Below are positions 36,782 to 47,017 of a DNA stretch of 64,000 bases, in pieces (within the stretch, counting starts at the first letter, position 1; every line of letters begins with the position of its first letter). Origin of the DNA: a virus; the IMG/VR virus record IMGVR_UViG_3300033571_011534, positions 11,732-75,731 of that record; one strand, written 5' to 3'. A model generated the notes under the pieces. The model searched no databases. It saw only the letters and a list, made by a program, of their open reading frames with translations, and was not told where the DNA came from. The translations under genes were made by a program, and so were the position numbers.

Positions 36782-36992
36782 CCTCCAAGGTTTCCTTTAG
36801 GTGTGAAAAGATTGTCTCCTGGTAAATGGGTGTCCTTGTCCTACGAGACTGTTCCTCTAGTTTGTTTATTTCATTAAGAACCCTAAGCCTCTCATCCAAC
36901 CTTGCCTTTTCAACAAAGTCATTGATAGCCTTAACATCTGACTTAGAGGTGCTTGGGTCTAGCACCAACATTCCATGCTCGTACTTAATCAT
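36762..36992 (-). CDS. Hypothetical protein
   Basis: In overlapping operon chain. Confidence 0.5.
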   Translation of the reverse strand: MIKYEHGMLVLDPSTSKSDVKAINDFVEKARLDERLRVLNEINKLEEQSRRTRTPIYQETIFSHLKETLEVGSELR

Positions 36993-37242
36993 TACGCCAA
37001 ATCTCCACTCCTACGAAAAGGTTAAGAATCTCAAAACTAATGGACCTGTCATAGAAGTTGATTGCAGCTGCGATACCCCAGTGATCTGTCCTGCCAGCAT
37101 AGAAGCCTATCGTATCGAAAAGGACTATGCTACGACTAAATCCAAAGGTATTGCTATCAATCCTAATCCACTTACGCCTACCTGCCTTTTGCAGGTCTTT
37201 GTCTGTATAACCCTCTGCGTGAAGGCTTGCCATCTTAGCCAT
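36985..37242 (-). CDS. Hypothetical protein
   Basis: GGAG RBS; operon chain. Confidence 0.5.
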   Translation of the reverse strand: MAKMASLHAEGYTDKDLQKAGRRKWIRIDSNTFGFSRSIVLFDTIGFYAGRTDHWGIAAAINFYDRSISFEILNLFVGVEIWRND

Positions 37243-37444
37243 TAGATTGCTCCCAGTCTCCCTTGTATGTGTAGTTCACTCCTAGCTTAGGTAGGTAAAC
37301 ACAAATCTCGTCAGGCTCCAAATACCTTGTGTGCTTGTCAGATGTAATATGAAACATCCAGGTGCCTTCTGCTACCTCTGTCTCTACATCCATGTCGCTC
37401 ATTAGATTAATAAACGTGTCACGCTTAGCTGTTACGAACATCAT
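37235..37444 (-). CDS. Hypothetical protein
   Basis: Downstream of a TTGACA..TAAAAT promoter. Confidence 0.5.
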   Translation of the reverse strand: MMFVTAKRDTFINLMSDMDVETEVAEGTWMFHITSDKHTRYLEPDEICVYLPKLGVNYTYKGDWEQSNG

Positions 37445-37595
37445 ACCCTTTGCTCTCAGTAGTACTATTTTATAGTATTACGAAGACATTGTCAATACCC
37501 CAGGATGCTAGAGGCTATTGCTATGTAATAGCATACTAATCTCTATAATCCGCCGAACTTTTTGCCGCCGAACTTAATGCTATAATGTATAAGAT

Positions 37596-37784
37596 ATGAC
37601 AAGACCACAACATGAATTCGAAGAGCTCGAATCCGCAGTAACCCTTACAGTTTATACAAAGTCTCCAAACAAGTGGCTACTGATCGACAGGGAGACTGGT
37701 GTTGCCTACCAAGGCTCTGAACATGGACGATGGGATAAGCTTATTCCCAAGATTAAAGAGTCCTCTGAAAAACCAGGCATATAA
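37596..37784 (+). CDS. Hypothetical protein
   Basis: TKSP.KW.LID.ETG..Y.G motif; TGCTATAAT just upstream. Confidence 0.6.
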   Translation: MTRPQHEFEELESAVTLTVYTKSPNKWLLIDRETGVAYQGSEHGRWDKLIPKIKESSEKPGI

Positions 37785-38070
37785 TAGTTTTATGATTTCT
37801 GGTACCTGTAACTCTTGTGGAAAGATAGCCACTGAGCCTGTACGACTTCCTCCAAAAGGAATCGTCCCTAGGACTCCACAGAAATGTTACGATTGCTCAA
37901 AAAAGAACTAATCTTTATTTAGCACTTCATTATCAAGCTCTATTTGCAGAAACCTTATATCCATCTCAAGAGTCTCAATAGCTTCTGCGTTCATCATAAG
38001 ACCCATCTCGATAGCGTCTAAGGCCTTTTTAATGCTGGACAACTCTTTGGCGAAGTCTTCCATTCTGATA

Positions 38071-38433
38071 CTAAATATCTTCTTTTTCTAGCCAGGCTAC
38101 TAGCTCTGGATTGTCACGCAAGAACATTAGCATTGCATTTTCGTAAACACCAATAAAGAAATGCTCCCACTCCTCAAAGTCTGCCTCTGGCTTTGGGAGG
38201 CCGTTCTCAAAGACCATCCTCATTGCATGTAGGATTTCGTGCAGTAGCGTTACCTGCTGCTTGCTACGACTAAGGGCACTGGAAACGACAATAAGGTTTC
38301 CAAGATCAAGAGTGTACCCATTTGTACCATCATTAAGCATGCCGTCATCTTTTGGGTCACGGAACACAATATTAAAAACTTGGCTTCCAACCTTTACCTT
38401 TTCTGGATAAGCCTCTACCTTAGTCGACTTCAT
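38071..38433 (-). CDS. Zincin-like metallopeptidase domain protein
   Basis: TLLHEILHA (HExxH) with downstream E. Confidence 0.65.
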   Translation of the reverse strand: MKSTKVEAYPEKVKVGSQVFNIVFRDPKDDGMLNDGTNGYTLDLGNLIVVSSALSRSKQQVTLLHEILHAMRMVFENGLPKPEADFEEWEHFFIGVYENAMLMFLRDNPELVAWLEKEDI

Positions 38434-38617
38434 TCTTAGATCTCCTCAACCTCAGATATTTCTCTAATGCTGATGGCACGTTGAACTCCTGCAATATACC
38501 CATCTTGCCAGGCAGTTAGGGCTGACTCTGTTGTGTCTCTCCCAACGCTTGCCATCCATTTTTGCATGTCTAGCGGAGCAAACTTAACTATTTCAGATTC
38601 GATGTCCAACTGGTCTC

Positions 38618-39112
38618 CTATGATATTAGTGGTTCTTTGTTTACGTGTGTTACCCAGAAGTAACTACAAGTGCTGCAGCATGGTTTGTTGTCCTTGCTGA
38701 CAGTGGCAATCTTAAAGGAATAGTAATACTCTGGATCCTTCTTGTAAAGATTAGCTTTATGCGTAGTTATGATTCTATCACTAAACTCTGGGTTTTGCAA
38801 CCACTCTGGAAACTGGCTTCCCCACAGGAACTTCTTTGAAGACCTAAGATTTGCTAGATTTTCCTCATTCTTATCTGTCTTGATACCACGCTTTTTTGCC
38901 TCCTGGACCATGGCTTTTGCATAGGTAAACAGGACGTGCTCTGAGCCTCGCCACATCTTGACAGCTGGATGATTGCGCCAGCCAGCTTTTGGATCATCGC
39001 TTGAAAGGACCTTTAGTATTTGATAAGTTTCTAGTATTTGCTTGTTTAGTCTTTTTGAGTCTAGCGTCTGCGCTATATCTTTAAAGTTTTTTGATGTAAG
39101 GAAAGTCTGCAA
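38618..39112 (-). CDS. MSMEG_6728-like / pyrimidine-dimer DNA glycosylase family protein
   Basis: MQTFL...LD.KRL.KQ..E..QI...W.NHPAV.MW...H..NL..KD..YY. Confidence 0.75.
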   Translation of the reverse strand: MQTFLTSKNFKDIAQTLDSKRLNKQILETYQILKVLSSDDPKAGWRNHPAVKMWRGSEHVLFTYAKAMVQEAKKRGIKTDKNEENLANLRSSKKFLWGSQFPEWLQNPEFSDRIITTHKANLYKKDPEYYYSFKIATVSKDNKPCCSTCSYFWVTHVNKEPLIS

Positions 39113-39211
39113 TGTTGCCTTCTTCTGTAGAGAGTTTTCTTATGTACCCATTATAGCTTATAACCAAATGCCTGTCAAGAATATCTTATTAAATAAACTA
39201 ATTACTCATTA

Positions 39212-39240
39212 TTGACAAAAAGGATTATCTTTGATATAAT
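39212..39240 (+). promoter_or_regulatory. SigA-type promoter
   Basis: TTGACA-17-TATAAT with extended TG. Confidence 0.8.
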
Positions 39241-39251
39241 TATGTAGAGGA

Positions 39252-39527
39252 GTGCTATTGTCAGAAACACCTTTTAACACTAAAACAGAGATACTGGCAG
39301 ATTTATGGATGAACCATAGAGATGCCGATATTTTTATAGACTTTGTCGAATACAACGATCTTGGCTTGCCTATAGCTTATCTGGCAGCCAACGAAGTAAT
39401 AGAAGTAAACAAGGTGATCGCTGGCTTTATTGAAGAAACGTTTACCCTTTTGCTAGCTCTACTAGAGGTTGAAGATACAGGGTTTAGTTCTTTGTCTGAT
39501 TTAATTTCTCCAGACATCTATGATTAA
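39252..39527 (+). CDS. Hypothetical protein, paralog of 34639..34929
   Basis: Shared motifs. Confidence 0.65.
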   Translation: MLLSETPFNTKTEILADLWMNHRDADIFIDFVEYNDLGLPIAYLAANEVIEVNKVIAGFIEETFTLLLALLEVEDTGFSSLSDLISPDIYD

Positions 39528-39631
39528 TCGCTATTGTTTGGTATAATTGTTATACCCCAGCTGGCTTGGGAACGGGAAATGAATGGGCCAGCTGGGGCTA
39601 TATTTATAACAACAACTAGGAGAATCCCCCA

Positions 39632-39853
39632 ATGACAACCGTATACGTAAAGCCATCTTGTGTCCAGTGCGATGCAACAAAAAGACTTATGGATCGATTA
39701 GGCGTTCAATATGACACCGTAGACATCACAAAAGACCCAGATGCACTAGAAAAGATTTTAAGCATGGGATTCAAATCTGCACCAGTTGTTATCACAGACA
39801 ACGATGCCTGGTCTGGCTTTAATCCAGACAAGGTGGGGCAGCTAGCGGCATAG
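39632..39853 (+). CDS. nrdH: Glutaredoxin-like NrdH
   Basis: CVQC active site, APVV, WSGF.PD. Confidence 0.9.
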   Translation: MTTVYVKPSCVQCDATKRLMDRLGVQYDTVDITKDPDALEKILSMGFKSAPVVITDNDAWSGFNPDKVGQLAA

Positions 39854-39879
39854 TTGCCCCAGTCGTGTATAATATAACC

Positions 39880-40548
39880 ATGAGGCACGAACTACAAAAC
39901 CTGACTAAACAGAATTTTATTGATTTTGGATACTCGGTAGAAGAAATAGATACCGAAATATTTTTAATTAAAGACTTTTTGACAGATGAAGAAGCTAAAG
40001 CGTTTTTAGATATAGCAAACTCTGCTAGTGAGGATGAATGGTCTGTTTCTTATATAGAGGGGCTAAAGTCTTTCGCTAGAGCAAAGTTTGGATACGACGA
40101 CTTAGATGAACTGGTTGCCAGCGGCAAGCTTGAGATTACCGATAGATGGAGAGACAAGAACCTTACTTTACACGACAAGAGTCTTCTTGACCCAATAAAC
40201 GAAAGACTTTCAAGGGTTATAAAGCATATTCCTGAGCTTTTGTATAATGGTATCGATGCTATACAGAGGCAGTATGAAGGCGCAGATCTTGTGGTCCATG
40301 TTGATAATCAAACAGACCCCTCCCTTGTTTATGCCGCAATTATCTATCTAAATGACGACTATACAGATGGTGAGCTTATATTTCCAGAGCGTGGCATTGA
40401 AGTAAAGCCACCAGCAAAGACTTTGGCGATATTCCCCACTCACGAAGAATATCTTCATGGAACTAACGCTCCTGGGCCTGGTCCCGTAAGGTATGTCTTG
40501 CCCTCGTTTATTGGCGTAAAAGGCTTTTACGAGAACAATAAATACTAA
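39880..40548 (+). CDS. 2OG-Fe(II) oxygenase
   Basis: HVD, YLNDDYTDGEL, HG..RY; paralog of 2439..3098. Confidence 0.88.
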   Translation: MRHELQNLTKQNFIDFGYSVEEIDTEIFLIKDFLTDEEAKAFLDIANSASEDEWSVSYIEGLKSFARAKFGYDDLDELVASGKLEITDRWRDKNLTLHDKSLLDPINERLSRVIKHIPELLYNGIDAIQRQYEGADLVVHVDNQTDPSLVYAAIIYLNDDYTDGELIFPERGIEVKPPAKTLAIFPTHEEYLHGTNAPGPGPVRYVLPSFIGVKGFYENNKY

Positions 40549-40569
40549 AGCATGTTAAAATAGATTATT

Positions 40570-41169
40570 ATGAGCATAAACGCATGGGGAAGAATAAGTC
40601 CTAGAAGAAGGCAAAAGATGCAAGAAATTGCAGACAGAAGCGACCCTACAAAAATCACCAAAGAAAAGATTGAGGATCAAAAGCGTAAGCGCTATGAGTT
40701 GCAAGAATCAAAACGTGCACCTAAGATCCAGGTAGACCAAAAGATAATTCTTTGGACATGGCTTATTGGTATTGCTGTTGCCTTTATATCATCTGCTGTA
40801 GTTTCTTTTAATGGTATTACTTCTGTAGCCACTTTCGTAGGTCTTTCTCAAGCCTGGATGGCTGGACTATTTTTCTTTTTCATTGAGCTAATGTACCTTT
40901 TGTTTTTGGTAGCGTACCTTGTCCTTGCCTCAAGACTGGATGAGGATGGCAACCCAGAAAAAACTGGCGGAGCTTTAATTGGAATGATTTCCTTTGGTGG
41001 AATCGCTGTTTTGGCTAATGCGTTCCACACATTTGACTTCTGGGACTGGGCCTGGGTAGAGCCACGCATGTGGGCTGGAGTAATTCTTAGCATTGCTGCA
41101 CCAATAGCAATTATTAGTGCTTCCAAGATGGCGTCCAGAGTTGTTTTTGCAAAAGCAATTAAGCTCTAG
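40570..41169 (+). CDS. Four-TM membrane protein (DUF2637-like)
   Basis: Four hydrophobic helices, SF.G..., N..H, AP motifs. Confidence 0.55.
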   Translation: MSINAWGRISPRRRQKMQEIADRSDPTKITKEKIEDQKRKRYELQESKRAPKIQVDQKIILWTWLIGIAVAFISSAVVSFNGITSVATFVGLSQAWMAGLFFFFIELMYLLFLVAYLVLASRLDEDGNPEKTGGALIGMISFGGIAVLANAFHTFDFWDWAWVEPRMWAGVILSIAAPIAIISASKMASRVVFAKAIKL

Positions 41170-41855
41170 GCTTCTAGATAACTCTTTTCGCTAAATAATT
41201 TTTTTAAAATATTTTCCTTAACAGTCCGAAAAGACGAATCTGATGTTGATAAAAACTCAGAATCTTCTACTAGATAGTTATAACTTTTAAACTGCATATT
41301 GCTTTCTGAGTAAACCTTGACATCTGACATTTGGCTGCCACCAACAGAGAACATGTTTCCATATACAGATCTCCATAACAGATTACTATGTTTCATTGCC
41401 CTTGAAAGCTTTTGCTTTTCTACTGTAAATGGAATATGAAGCTCATACGAAAGTGGTTCTGAAAACCCCATACGGAATAGCTGCTCATGTGTATCCTTAA
41501 TTTTTTTAGTATAAACATAGCCAGAAGAAGCCTTTTGATAGCTTATATATTTCTTAAATAGGCTACCTTCATGAGCATACTCAAAGCTGTCTACTTTTTT
41601 CATAACGTAAAAGTCATCGTTCATAACTACAAACTTGTCATCTATAATTGGTGATTCTATAGCAGTTATTAGGTTTTTGTGAACATTGTCATATTTCCTT
41701 TGATCCTGGCTTACCAGAATAGATTCCCCCAGATACCATGCTGGCTTGGCCCCTACAAGAATAATCTTTGGACTATCTACATTTTTTATTAATGACCTTA
41801 TGGAGTACTTAAGCTCTTCGTCAGAATCTGGCCCACACAAATAAACAAACTGCAT
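41166..41855 (-). CDS. Stealth-like / glycosyltransferase-like protein
   Basis: ELKYSIRSL, P.W, F..MNDDFY, ELHIP. Confidence 0.55.
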   Translation of the reverse strand: MQFVYLCGPDSDEELKYSIRSLIKNVDSPKIILVGAKPAWYLGESILVSQDQRKYDNVHKNLITAIESPIIDDKFVVMNDDFYVMKKVDSFEYAHEGSLFKKYISYQKASSGYVYTKKIKDTHEQLFRMGFSEPLSYELHIPFTVEKQKLSRAMKHSNLLWRSVYGNMFSVGGSQMSDVKVYSESNMQFKSYNYLVEDSEFLSTSDSSFRTVKENILKKLFSEKSYLEA

Positions 41856-42530
41856 TTAAACTCTTTTATCTTTAAAATCTACAAGGTCTTTATAGTGTTG
41901 GTTTTCTGGTCTATCTCCACGATATGTTGGGTCATTAAATGTAGAGTGTGCTGATCCCGCCACATATCCAAACAGCTTTCCATATTTTTCAAAATACATT
42001 CGATGAAACATAGTGTCTTCTGGCCCCCACCCCTTTATCTTTTCCTCAAATCCACCTATCTCTTTAAAGATATGAACAGGCACAACAATTGCACCGCTGC
42101 ATGGCCACAGCCTTCTTGGAAGAGAGTCGGAGTATGAAAGTGTGGGAGGGGAAAACTCTTTTCCAAGTTTCATGTTGTAGTTAAGTCTTTTTAAAAAGAT
42201 AATTGTTTCTTTCATATCCTTATGCTGAAAGTATCTATTATAAGGAGCAGCAATTTCGTTATTCTTAACTGAATAATTAATTGCTTTTCTTAATGCCAGC
42301 GGGTCTACAAAGAAATCTGCATCGTTAAATATTACTAAATCACATCCAGAATCAATAGCCTTTTGTGCCCCCAGGTTTCTAGCCTGTGATAGGTTAAACT
42401 CTTCTTCAGTGCTGTCAGACACAATTATTTCAAAATCTGGAAAGTTTTTATTATAGCATTCTATAACCTTTTCAAAAGCTGGCACTCTGCTTGGGTGAGA
42501 TCTCCAGGGAATGACTATAGAGATTTTCAT
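41856..42530 (-). CDS. Glycosyltransferase (GT2/GT7-like)
   Basis: SIVIPWR, ARN.GA, DAD, GGF.E...GWG.ED. Confidence 0.85.
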   Translation of the reverse strand: MKISIVIPWRSHPSRVPAFEKVIECYNKNFPDFEIIVSDSTEEEFNLSQARNLGAQKAIDSGCDLVIFNDADFFVDPLALRKAINYSVKNNEIAAPYNRYFQHKDMKETIIFLKRLNYNMKLGKEFSPPTLSYSDSLPRRLWPCSGAIVVPVHIFKEIGGFEEKIKGWGPEDTMFHRMYFEKYGKLFGYVAGSAHSTFNDPTYRGDRPENQHYKDLVDFKDKRV

Positions 42531-43258
42531 ATATTGCCGAACTTTCTTAAGAAGTGCTCTATTGCAGAACCACTTGGAGGCTTTTGATTAGTATCAAAGT
42601 TTTTCATTCTCAATGCCCCAGTAAAAAATGTTGCGCAATATGCGCCATCACACATTCTAATTATTTCTTCTTTCTTGTCTGGATTCCAGAAGTCTTCTGA
42701 TTTACTCCAGTGATCTAAGACATTGACCAGGCTGGCTGGCTGTGCATACTTCATTAGATCAAATCTTTTAACAAGCTTTGTAATTAAAACTGGCCCAAGC
42801 TCTGCCCACTTAGCCTTTTTTTGAGCAAGCCTTATTTGTGGCAGTATGGTCTTTGCCATTTGATTAATCTGTTTTGTAAAGGCATGCGACTGTGGCATTT
42901 TAAGAATTCCTCCAGCTACAAGACTGTCTGATTCTTTTATAAAAACAAATGGGACATCTTCAAAGAAGTTGTTGTTCAGGCATAGTGTGTCTGCATCTAC
43001 CCACATTAGTCCAGTTTTTTCAATCATATTATATCTAAAGTAATCAGAAAATGCTGCTAGCTGACCATGATATGTAAAGATTTTATCAGATGGAACTATC
43101 TCTTCTGCATTTCTTTTAATGACGCCATCTGGGACCTCCATATCCATATCATAAACATAGAGAAATACTTCGTGTCCATGGTAAACAAAAGACTTTAAAC
43201 AAAGCTTTTGAACTAATCCTAGTCCATCGCCAATCCACAAAGATCCTACGGTAGCCAT
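42527..43258 (-). CDS. Glycosyltransferase (GT32, DXD)
   Basis: LW.G, CLKSF..HG, FSDYFRY, G.WVDAD, W..LGP. Confidence 0.8.
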   Translation of the reverse strand: MATVGSLWIGDGLGLVQKLCLKSFVYHGHEVFLYVYDMDMEVPDGVIKRNAEEIVPSDKIFTYHGQLAAFSDYFRYNMIEKTGLMWVDADTLCLNNNFFEDVPFVFIKESDSLVAGGILKMPQSHAFTKQINQMAKTILPQIRLAQKKAKWAELGPVLITKLVKRFDLMKYAQPASLVNVLDHWSKSEDFWNPDKKEEIIRMCDGAYCATFFTGALRMKNFDTNQKPPSGSAIEHFLRKFGNI

Positions 43259-43303
43259 GGCGTCCTGACTGGCAATAAGAATATCATGATACAATTATAC
43301 AGT

Positions 43304-43585
43304 ATGACAAGCTCTGCTAAGCAAAGAAAGCAACTACATGCCACACTGGAGGAGTTGCACCTCCACAAAGAAAAGCACGGCTGCGCTGACTGCAGAAATC
43401 ATTACCCCCATTACGTATTAGAATTTGACCATAGGCCAGGAGAGACGAAGATAGACGTTGTCTATAGGGTTCTGCGCTCTTATGGACCAGCGGCTGCATG
43501 GGCAGAAGTAAGGAAGTGTGACGTAGTTTGCGCTAACTGTCACAAAATAAGGACATATGAAAGAGAGCAAGAAAGTGAGTCTTGA
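43304..43585 (+). CDS. HNH-like zinc-binding endonuclease
   Basis: CADC...FDH...C.VVCANCH..RT. Confidence 0.7.
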   Translation: MTSSAKQRKQLHATLEELHLHKEKHGCADCRNHYPHYVLEFDHRPGETKIDVVYRVLRSYGPAAAWAEVRKCDVVCANCHKIRTYEREQESES

Positions 43586-43729
43586 GGACGAGATAAAAGA
43601 AATACTATTTAATATTGGTAAAGACATCAAGGTTCACAAACTAATAAATGGCAACATGATATTAGAAATTGATTACGAAAAGCATACCCAAGAAATAATT
43701 AATGCAATAAAAAACAATAAATCTAAAAA

Positions 43730-44725
43730 CTAAAAGATTTCTCTTATTGGTCTTGACTTTGTGTAATCCTTACCAAAGTCTGCAAACAGGGCCTTATCCT
43801 TCATTCTGTTTACTATGGCACGTGACCAGGCAAAGCCTGCGTTGCCACCCCATGCATCCCACATAATACGACCATTAGATGGGTTGCTTGTGTTGTTAAA
43901 GTCTTTTCCACCCTTGCTTGCCTGCTCATGACGAGAGAAGAATGAGAACATGCGCCTAACAGTGCTTAGAGACATTGCTCTACCAGCCACGATATCTCTA
44001 GCACGGCCCCAGCCTACAGGGGTGCCTGCACCAGTTGCCTTGCCATCTTCTTTCCATTTCAATGCACGGCGAGCAGCTGCTTTCATTCCTGCATTTGGGG
44101 TAAAGGTTTCTGCCTTAGCCATCATTTCCATATCGTCATCTTCATACTCTTCCATGCTGATGTTTGGCATATTAATTCTTTCGACATCTGACATTAGTGC
44201 ACCAATTGTGTATGGTGTGTAGTAGTATACCCCGTCGTCTTCTTCTAGAATTCTAACAGCTACCGCTGGATTTTCTGGAGTAGAGTTAACGGAGTAAGGA
44301 TTTTCTGGCTCACCATATCTACCACCTTCACGCATAACGTGTTCTACTTGACCAACAATCATTCCTTCTGTGGTTCTTGCACTTACGAAGTCGCCTTCTG
44401 TGATTGCGGCATCTGCTTTAGATACTGGTACACAATTAGGAACCATTTTACCGCCCTTGCCTGGCTTCATTCCTCTTTGAGTATAGCCTTCCCAGCAGGG
44501 ATTTGATTTAGACACGGGCCATTCTTGTGGATTCTTAATTCCAATCCCGCCGTCATTGGTGATCATTTCTTTTTCATCAATATTTCCCTCAGATTGATTT
44601 ATAGCGTAAATCTGAGCAGCTGCAGCGTCAGCAGTGTCGTGACACCCCATTACGGTGCCGTCGTCTTTTACTGCAGGATATCCTGAACAGCCGTATGAGC
44701 CCTTGGCTCCAACATGATATGGCAT
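43730..44725 (-). CDS. Multi-domain phage protein (possibly head-associated)
   Basis: CWEGY..GMK...VPNCVP module; GT.VG..RA...RMFSFFSRHE...W..WGG..G..W domain. Confidence 0.55.
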   Translation of the reverse strand: MPYHVGAKGSYGCSGYPAVKDDGTVMGCHDTADAAAAQIYAINQSEGNIDEKEMITNDGGIGIKNPQEWPVSKSNPCWEGYTQRGMKPGKGGKMVPNCVPVSKADAAITEGDFVSARTTEGMIVGQVEHVMREGGRYGEPENPYSVNSTPENPAVAVRILEEDDGVYYYTPYTIGALMSDVERINMPNISMEEYEDDDMEMMAKAETFTPNAGMKAAARRALKWKEDGKATGAGTPVGWGRARDIVAGRAMSLSTVRRMFSFFSRHEQASKGGKDFNNTSNPSNGRIMWDAWGGNAGFAWSRAIVNRMKDKALFADFGKDYTKSRPIREIF

Positions 44726-44740
44726 AGATTTATTATACCA

Positions 44741-45535
44741 CTATATGAACTTCTTGTTTTCTTTTAAGAACCTAAATAGATTCGGCCTAATATCGTCCCA
44801 GGATGCTGTAAGCATGCCATAAAGGCCCTCTTGCTTAAAAGAATTGATTTCTTCAAGAAACTGCTCTGGGGTAAAGATTTGAGAGTCGCTAGTTCTGTTA
44901 ACCATAGAATCAGGCGATACCCCATCCTCAGGAAAAACTATGACTGGATTTATCGAAACAAGGATGTTGTTATTGTTTATTGAAACCCGTTGCCGAACTT
45001 TCTCATAGGTGCCATCTTCTTTCCACTTTTTGTGAGTTATGTGCGGAATGATCATTTTGTAGCCATACTTTGAAGCAGCTTCTAAAACATACTCATTTGT
45101 TGTAGAGACATATACGTTCGGAATTTCAGTTTCTGGACTACTACAATTATTCTTTAGCCAGTCTATTGCGCCTAAGTATTCTATTAGATATTCAGATTTT
45201 TCTATTCTGGTTGACCAATCGTTAACTGGACCTACAAAACTGTTATACGGCTTTTCTAGTTCCTTTGGGTCTCCTGCTATTAAATTAATCTCTAACCTAT
45301 TTCCAATCATTCCACAAATTGTTTTATGTATCATTGATAAGTATTGAGGAGAAATAGCGTAAGGCCTAACGGCAACCATGTATCTAAAGTCGTCCTTTAG
45401 GCTATCGATATTACCAATCAAAGTTGTAAAATAGTCTGGAGAACGTGCGTTGTATAAGAACAAGCTTCCATCAAAACCGCTTTCATAAATATCATCTATA
45501 AATCGATATTCTGATCCAAAATAATATATTTTCAT
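44741..45535 (-). CDS. Luciferase-like monooxygenase-fold protein
   Basis: YMVAVRP..ISPQY....RLEINLIAG pattern of LLM TIM barrels. Confidence 0.55.
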   Translation of the reverse strand: MKIYYFGSEYRFIDDIYESGFDGSLFLYNARSPDYFTTLIGNIDSLKDDFRYMVAVRPYAISPQYLSMIHKTICGMIGNRLEINLIAGDPKELEKPYNSFVGPVNDWSTRIEKSEYLIEYLGAIDWLKNNCSSPETEIPNVYVSTTNEYVLEAASKYGYKMIIPHITHKKWKEDGTYEKVRQRVSINNNNILVSINPVIVFPEDGVSPDSMVNRTSDSQIFTPEQFLEEINSFKQEGLYGMLTASWDDIRPNLFRFLKENKKFI

Positions 45536-45595
45536 TTTTCCTTCTAGCTGGCAATTGCCTAAGCTTCATAGCTGGAGCATTATTGTATTATAGCA

Positions 45596-46687
45596 CTATT
45601 CAGCTATATATGTACCAGAGATATGAAAGTTATCTGCTGTAGTCAGGTTAACTGGGGAGTTGTGGTCAAATATCTCATCCTGACCATTTGAGCCAGTGTA
45701 ATTTAGAAATAGCCTGTTTGTTCCCGCCTGGACATGACCACCTACTGAATACTGATTGTTTGCAGATATATCGTGCAGGCACCCATCATTAAGCTGGTAA
45801 GCGTACTTAGCATTAAATGGCAAGTCAACGTAGTATTGGCCAGTTCCAAAGTTAGTAATATTATCCATATCTACCTGAATCTCAAAGTGAACTAGTGGGC
45901 CAGTCTTAACATAATTTCCAGTGAAACGTGGGGCTCCGTTAAAGGTTGGCTGTGTTCCAGCAGTACCGCCATTAACTGTAAATGACACCTCTACTGGTGC
46001 TGAATTAGAGATATCTCCAATAGTTGCAATCCTTGTTTCTCCACCGATAGTAGGTGTACCAAGATATGCATATGAACTTCCTGGGTAAAGAATAATATCA
46101 TTGTCTGCTTCAAGAGTTAAATTAGATCCATCTGATGCAATTTTTTCAGTTTTCTGGTCACCAAAAGCAATTCCACCCTTTGTTGAATCTTGATTTCCAA
46201 CAACTACTAAGTGGTTTGCAATATTGCCGTCTCCAATAAGTACATCATCACCAATTGTTATATTATCTATTGCACCATTGCTTGTAAGAGTAATTTTGCT
46301 AAATGTTGGGCTATCTATTGTTCCTAAATCTTGTGGAAGAACTGCATCTTCTCCGTCTGCACCGTCTGCACCGTCTGCTCCATCTGCACCAACTGCACCC
46401 TTTGCTGCAAGTAGATTCCAGATAAAGCCTTCTGATGGAGTGTCTCCAACATTTCCGCCATTTGAATTAGCACGGTACCAAAGTTGTCCATCATATGTTG
46501 CAATATCTCCTACTGCATATGATGCCCCACCATTGTATTCACCAGTAAAATTCCAAAGTGCATCTGCACCATTTGCTCCGTCAGCACCTGGGGCACCATC
46601 TGCACCAGCTGGACCTTCTGGTCCTGTAGGCCCTGCTGGGCCAACTGTGCCCTCTCCGCCACTAGAGCTGCCACTAAATCTAGCCAT
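45596..46687 (-). CDS. Collagen-repeat fibre protein
   Basis: GXY runs (GADGADG), Y.VGD.ATY.G small binding module, beta-rich C-terminus. Confidence 0.75.
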   Translation of the reverse strand: MARFSGSSSGGEGTVGPAGPTGPEGPAGADGAPGADGANGADALWNFTGEYNGGASYAVGDIATYDGQLWYRANSNGGNVGDTPSEGFIWNLLAAKGAVGADGADGADGADGEDAVLPQDLGTIDSPTFSKITLTSNGAIDNITIGDDVLIGDGNIANHLVVVGNQDSTKGGIAFGDQKTEKIASDGSNLTLEADNDIILYPGSSYAYLGTPTIGGETRIATIGDISNSAPVEVSFTVNGGTAGTQPTFNGAPRFTGNYVKTGPLVHFEIQVDMDNITNFGTGQYYVDLPFNAKYAYQLNDGCLHDISANNQYSVGGHVQAGTNRLFLNYTGSNGQDEIFDHNSPVNLTTADNFHISGTYIAE

Positions 46688-46968
46688 TAGTTTCCTGACT
46701 CTAGGTTAGTCTTTATAATTGCAACCTGAGAGTTGTTTGTATCAGTAGTTGCATATAGAGCATCTTTTCCTGGAAGCTCAAAAGAAATTGCTGTTCCAGG
46801 ATTTAGGCGGTATCCATAAGAAGAACTTGTCACACCTTCTCCACCAATATAAACATAGGCAGAAGCGTGAATATTCTGAATGGTAATGTCCATTCCAGAG
46901 TGGGTTCCGCTAGGGGTAAGTCTTGTGGCTGTCTCATTTGACAGGCTAATGGTAGAGTGGATTGTCAT
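46687..46968 (-). CDS. Small beta-sandwich structural protein
   Basis: IQN....VYIGG..VT...G.RL.PG motif. Confidence 0.55.
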   Translation of the reverse strand: MTIHSTISLSNETATRLTPSGTHSGMDITIQNIHASAYVYIGGEGVTSSSYGYRLNPGTAISFELPGKDALYATTDTNNSQVAIIKTNLESGN

Positions 46969-47017
46969 ATGACTATTATACCTGTTATATTTAAAAGGTA
47001 ATTCCCAGGTTATAAGG

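Noticed and set aside
37550-37575. ccgccgaactt direct repeat upstream of a -10 box
   Set aside because: Only two 11-bp copies; not enough to assign a function.
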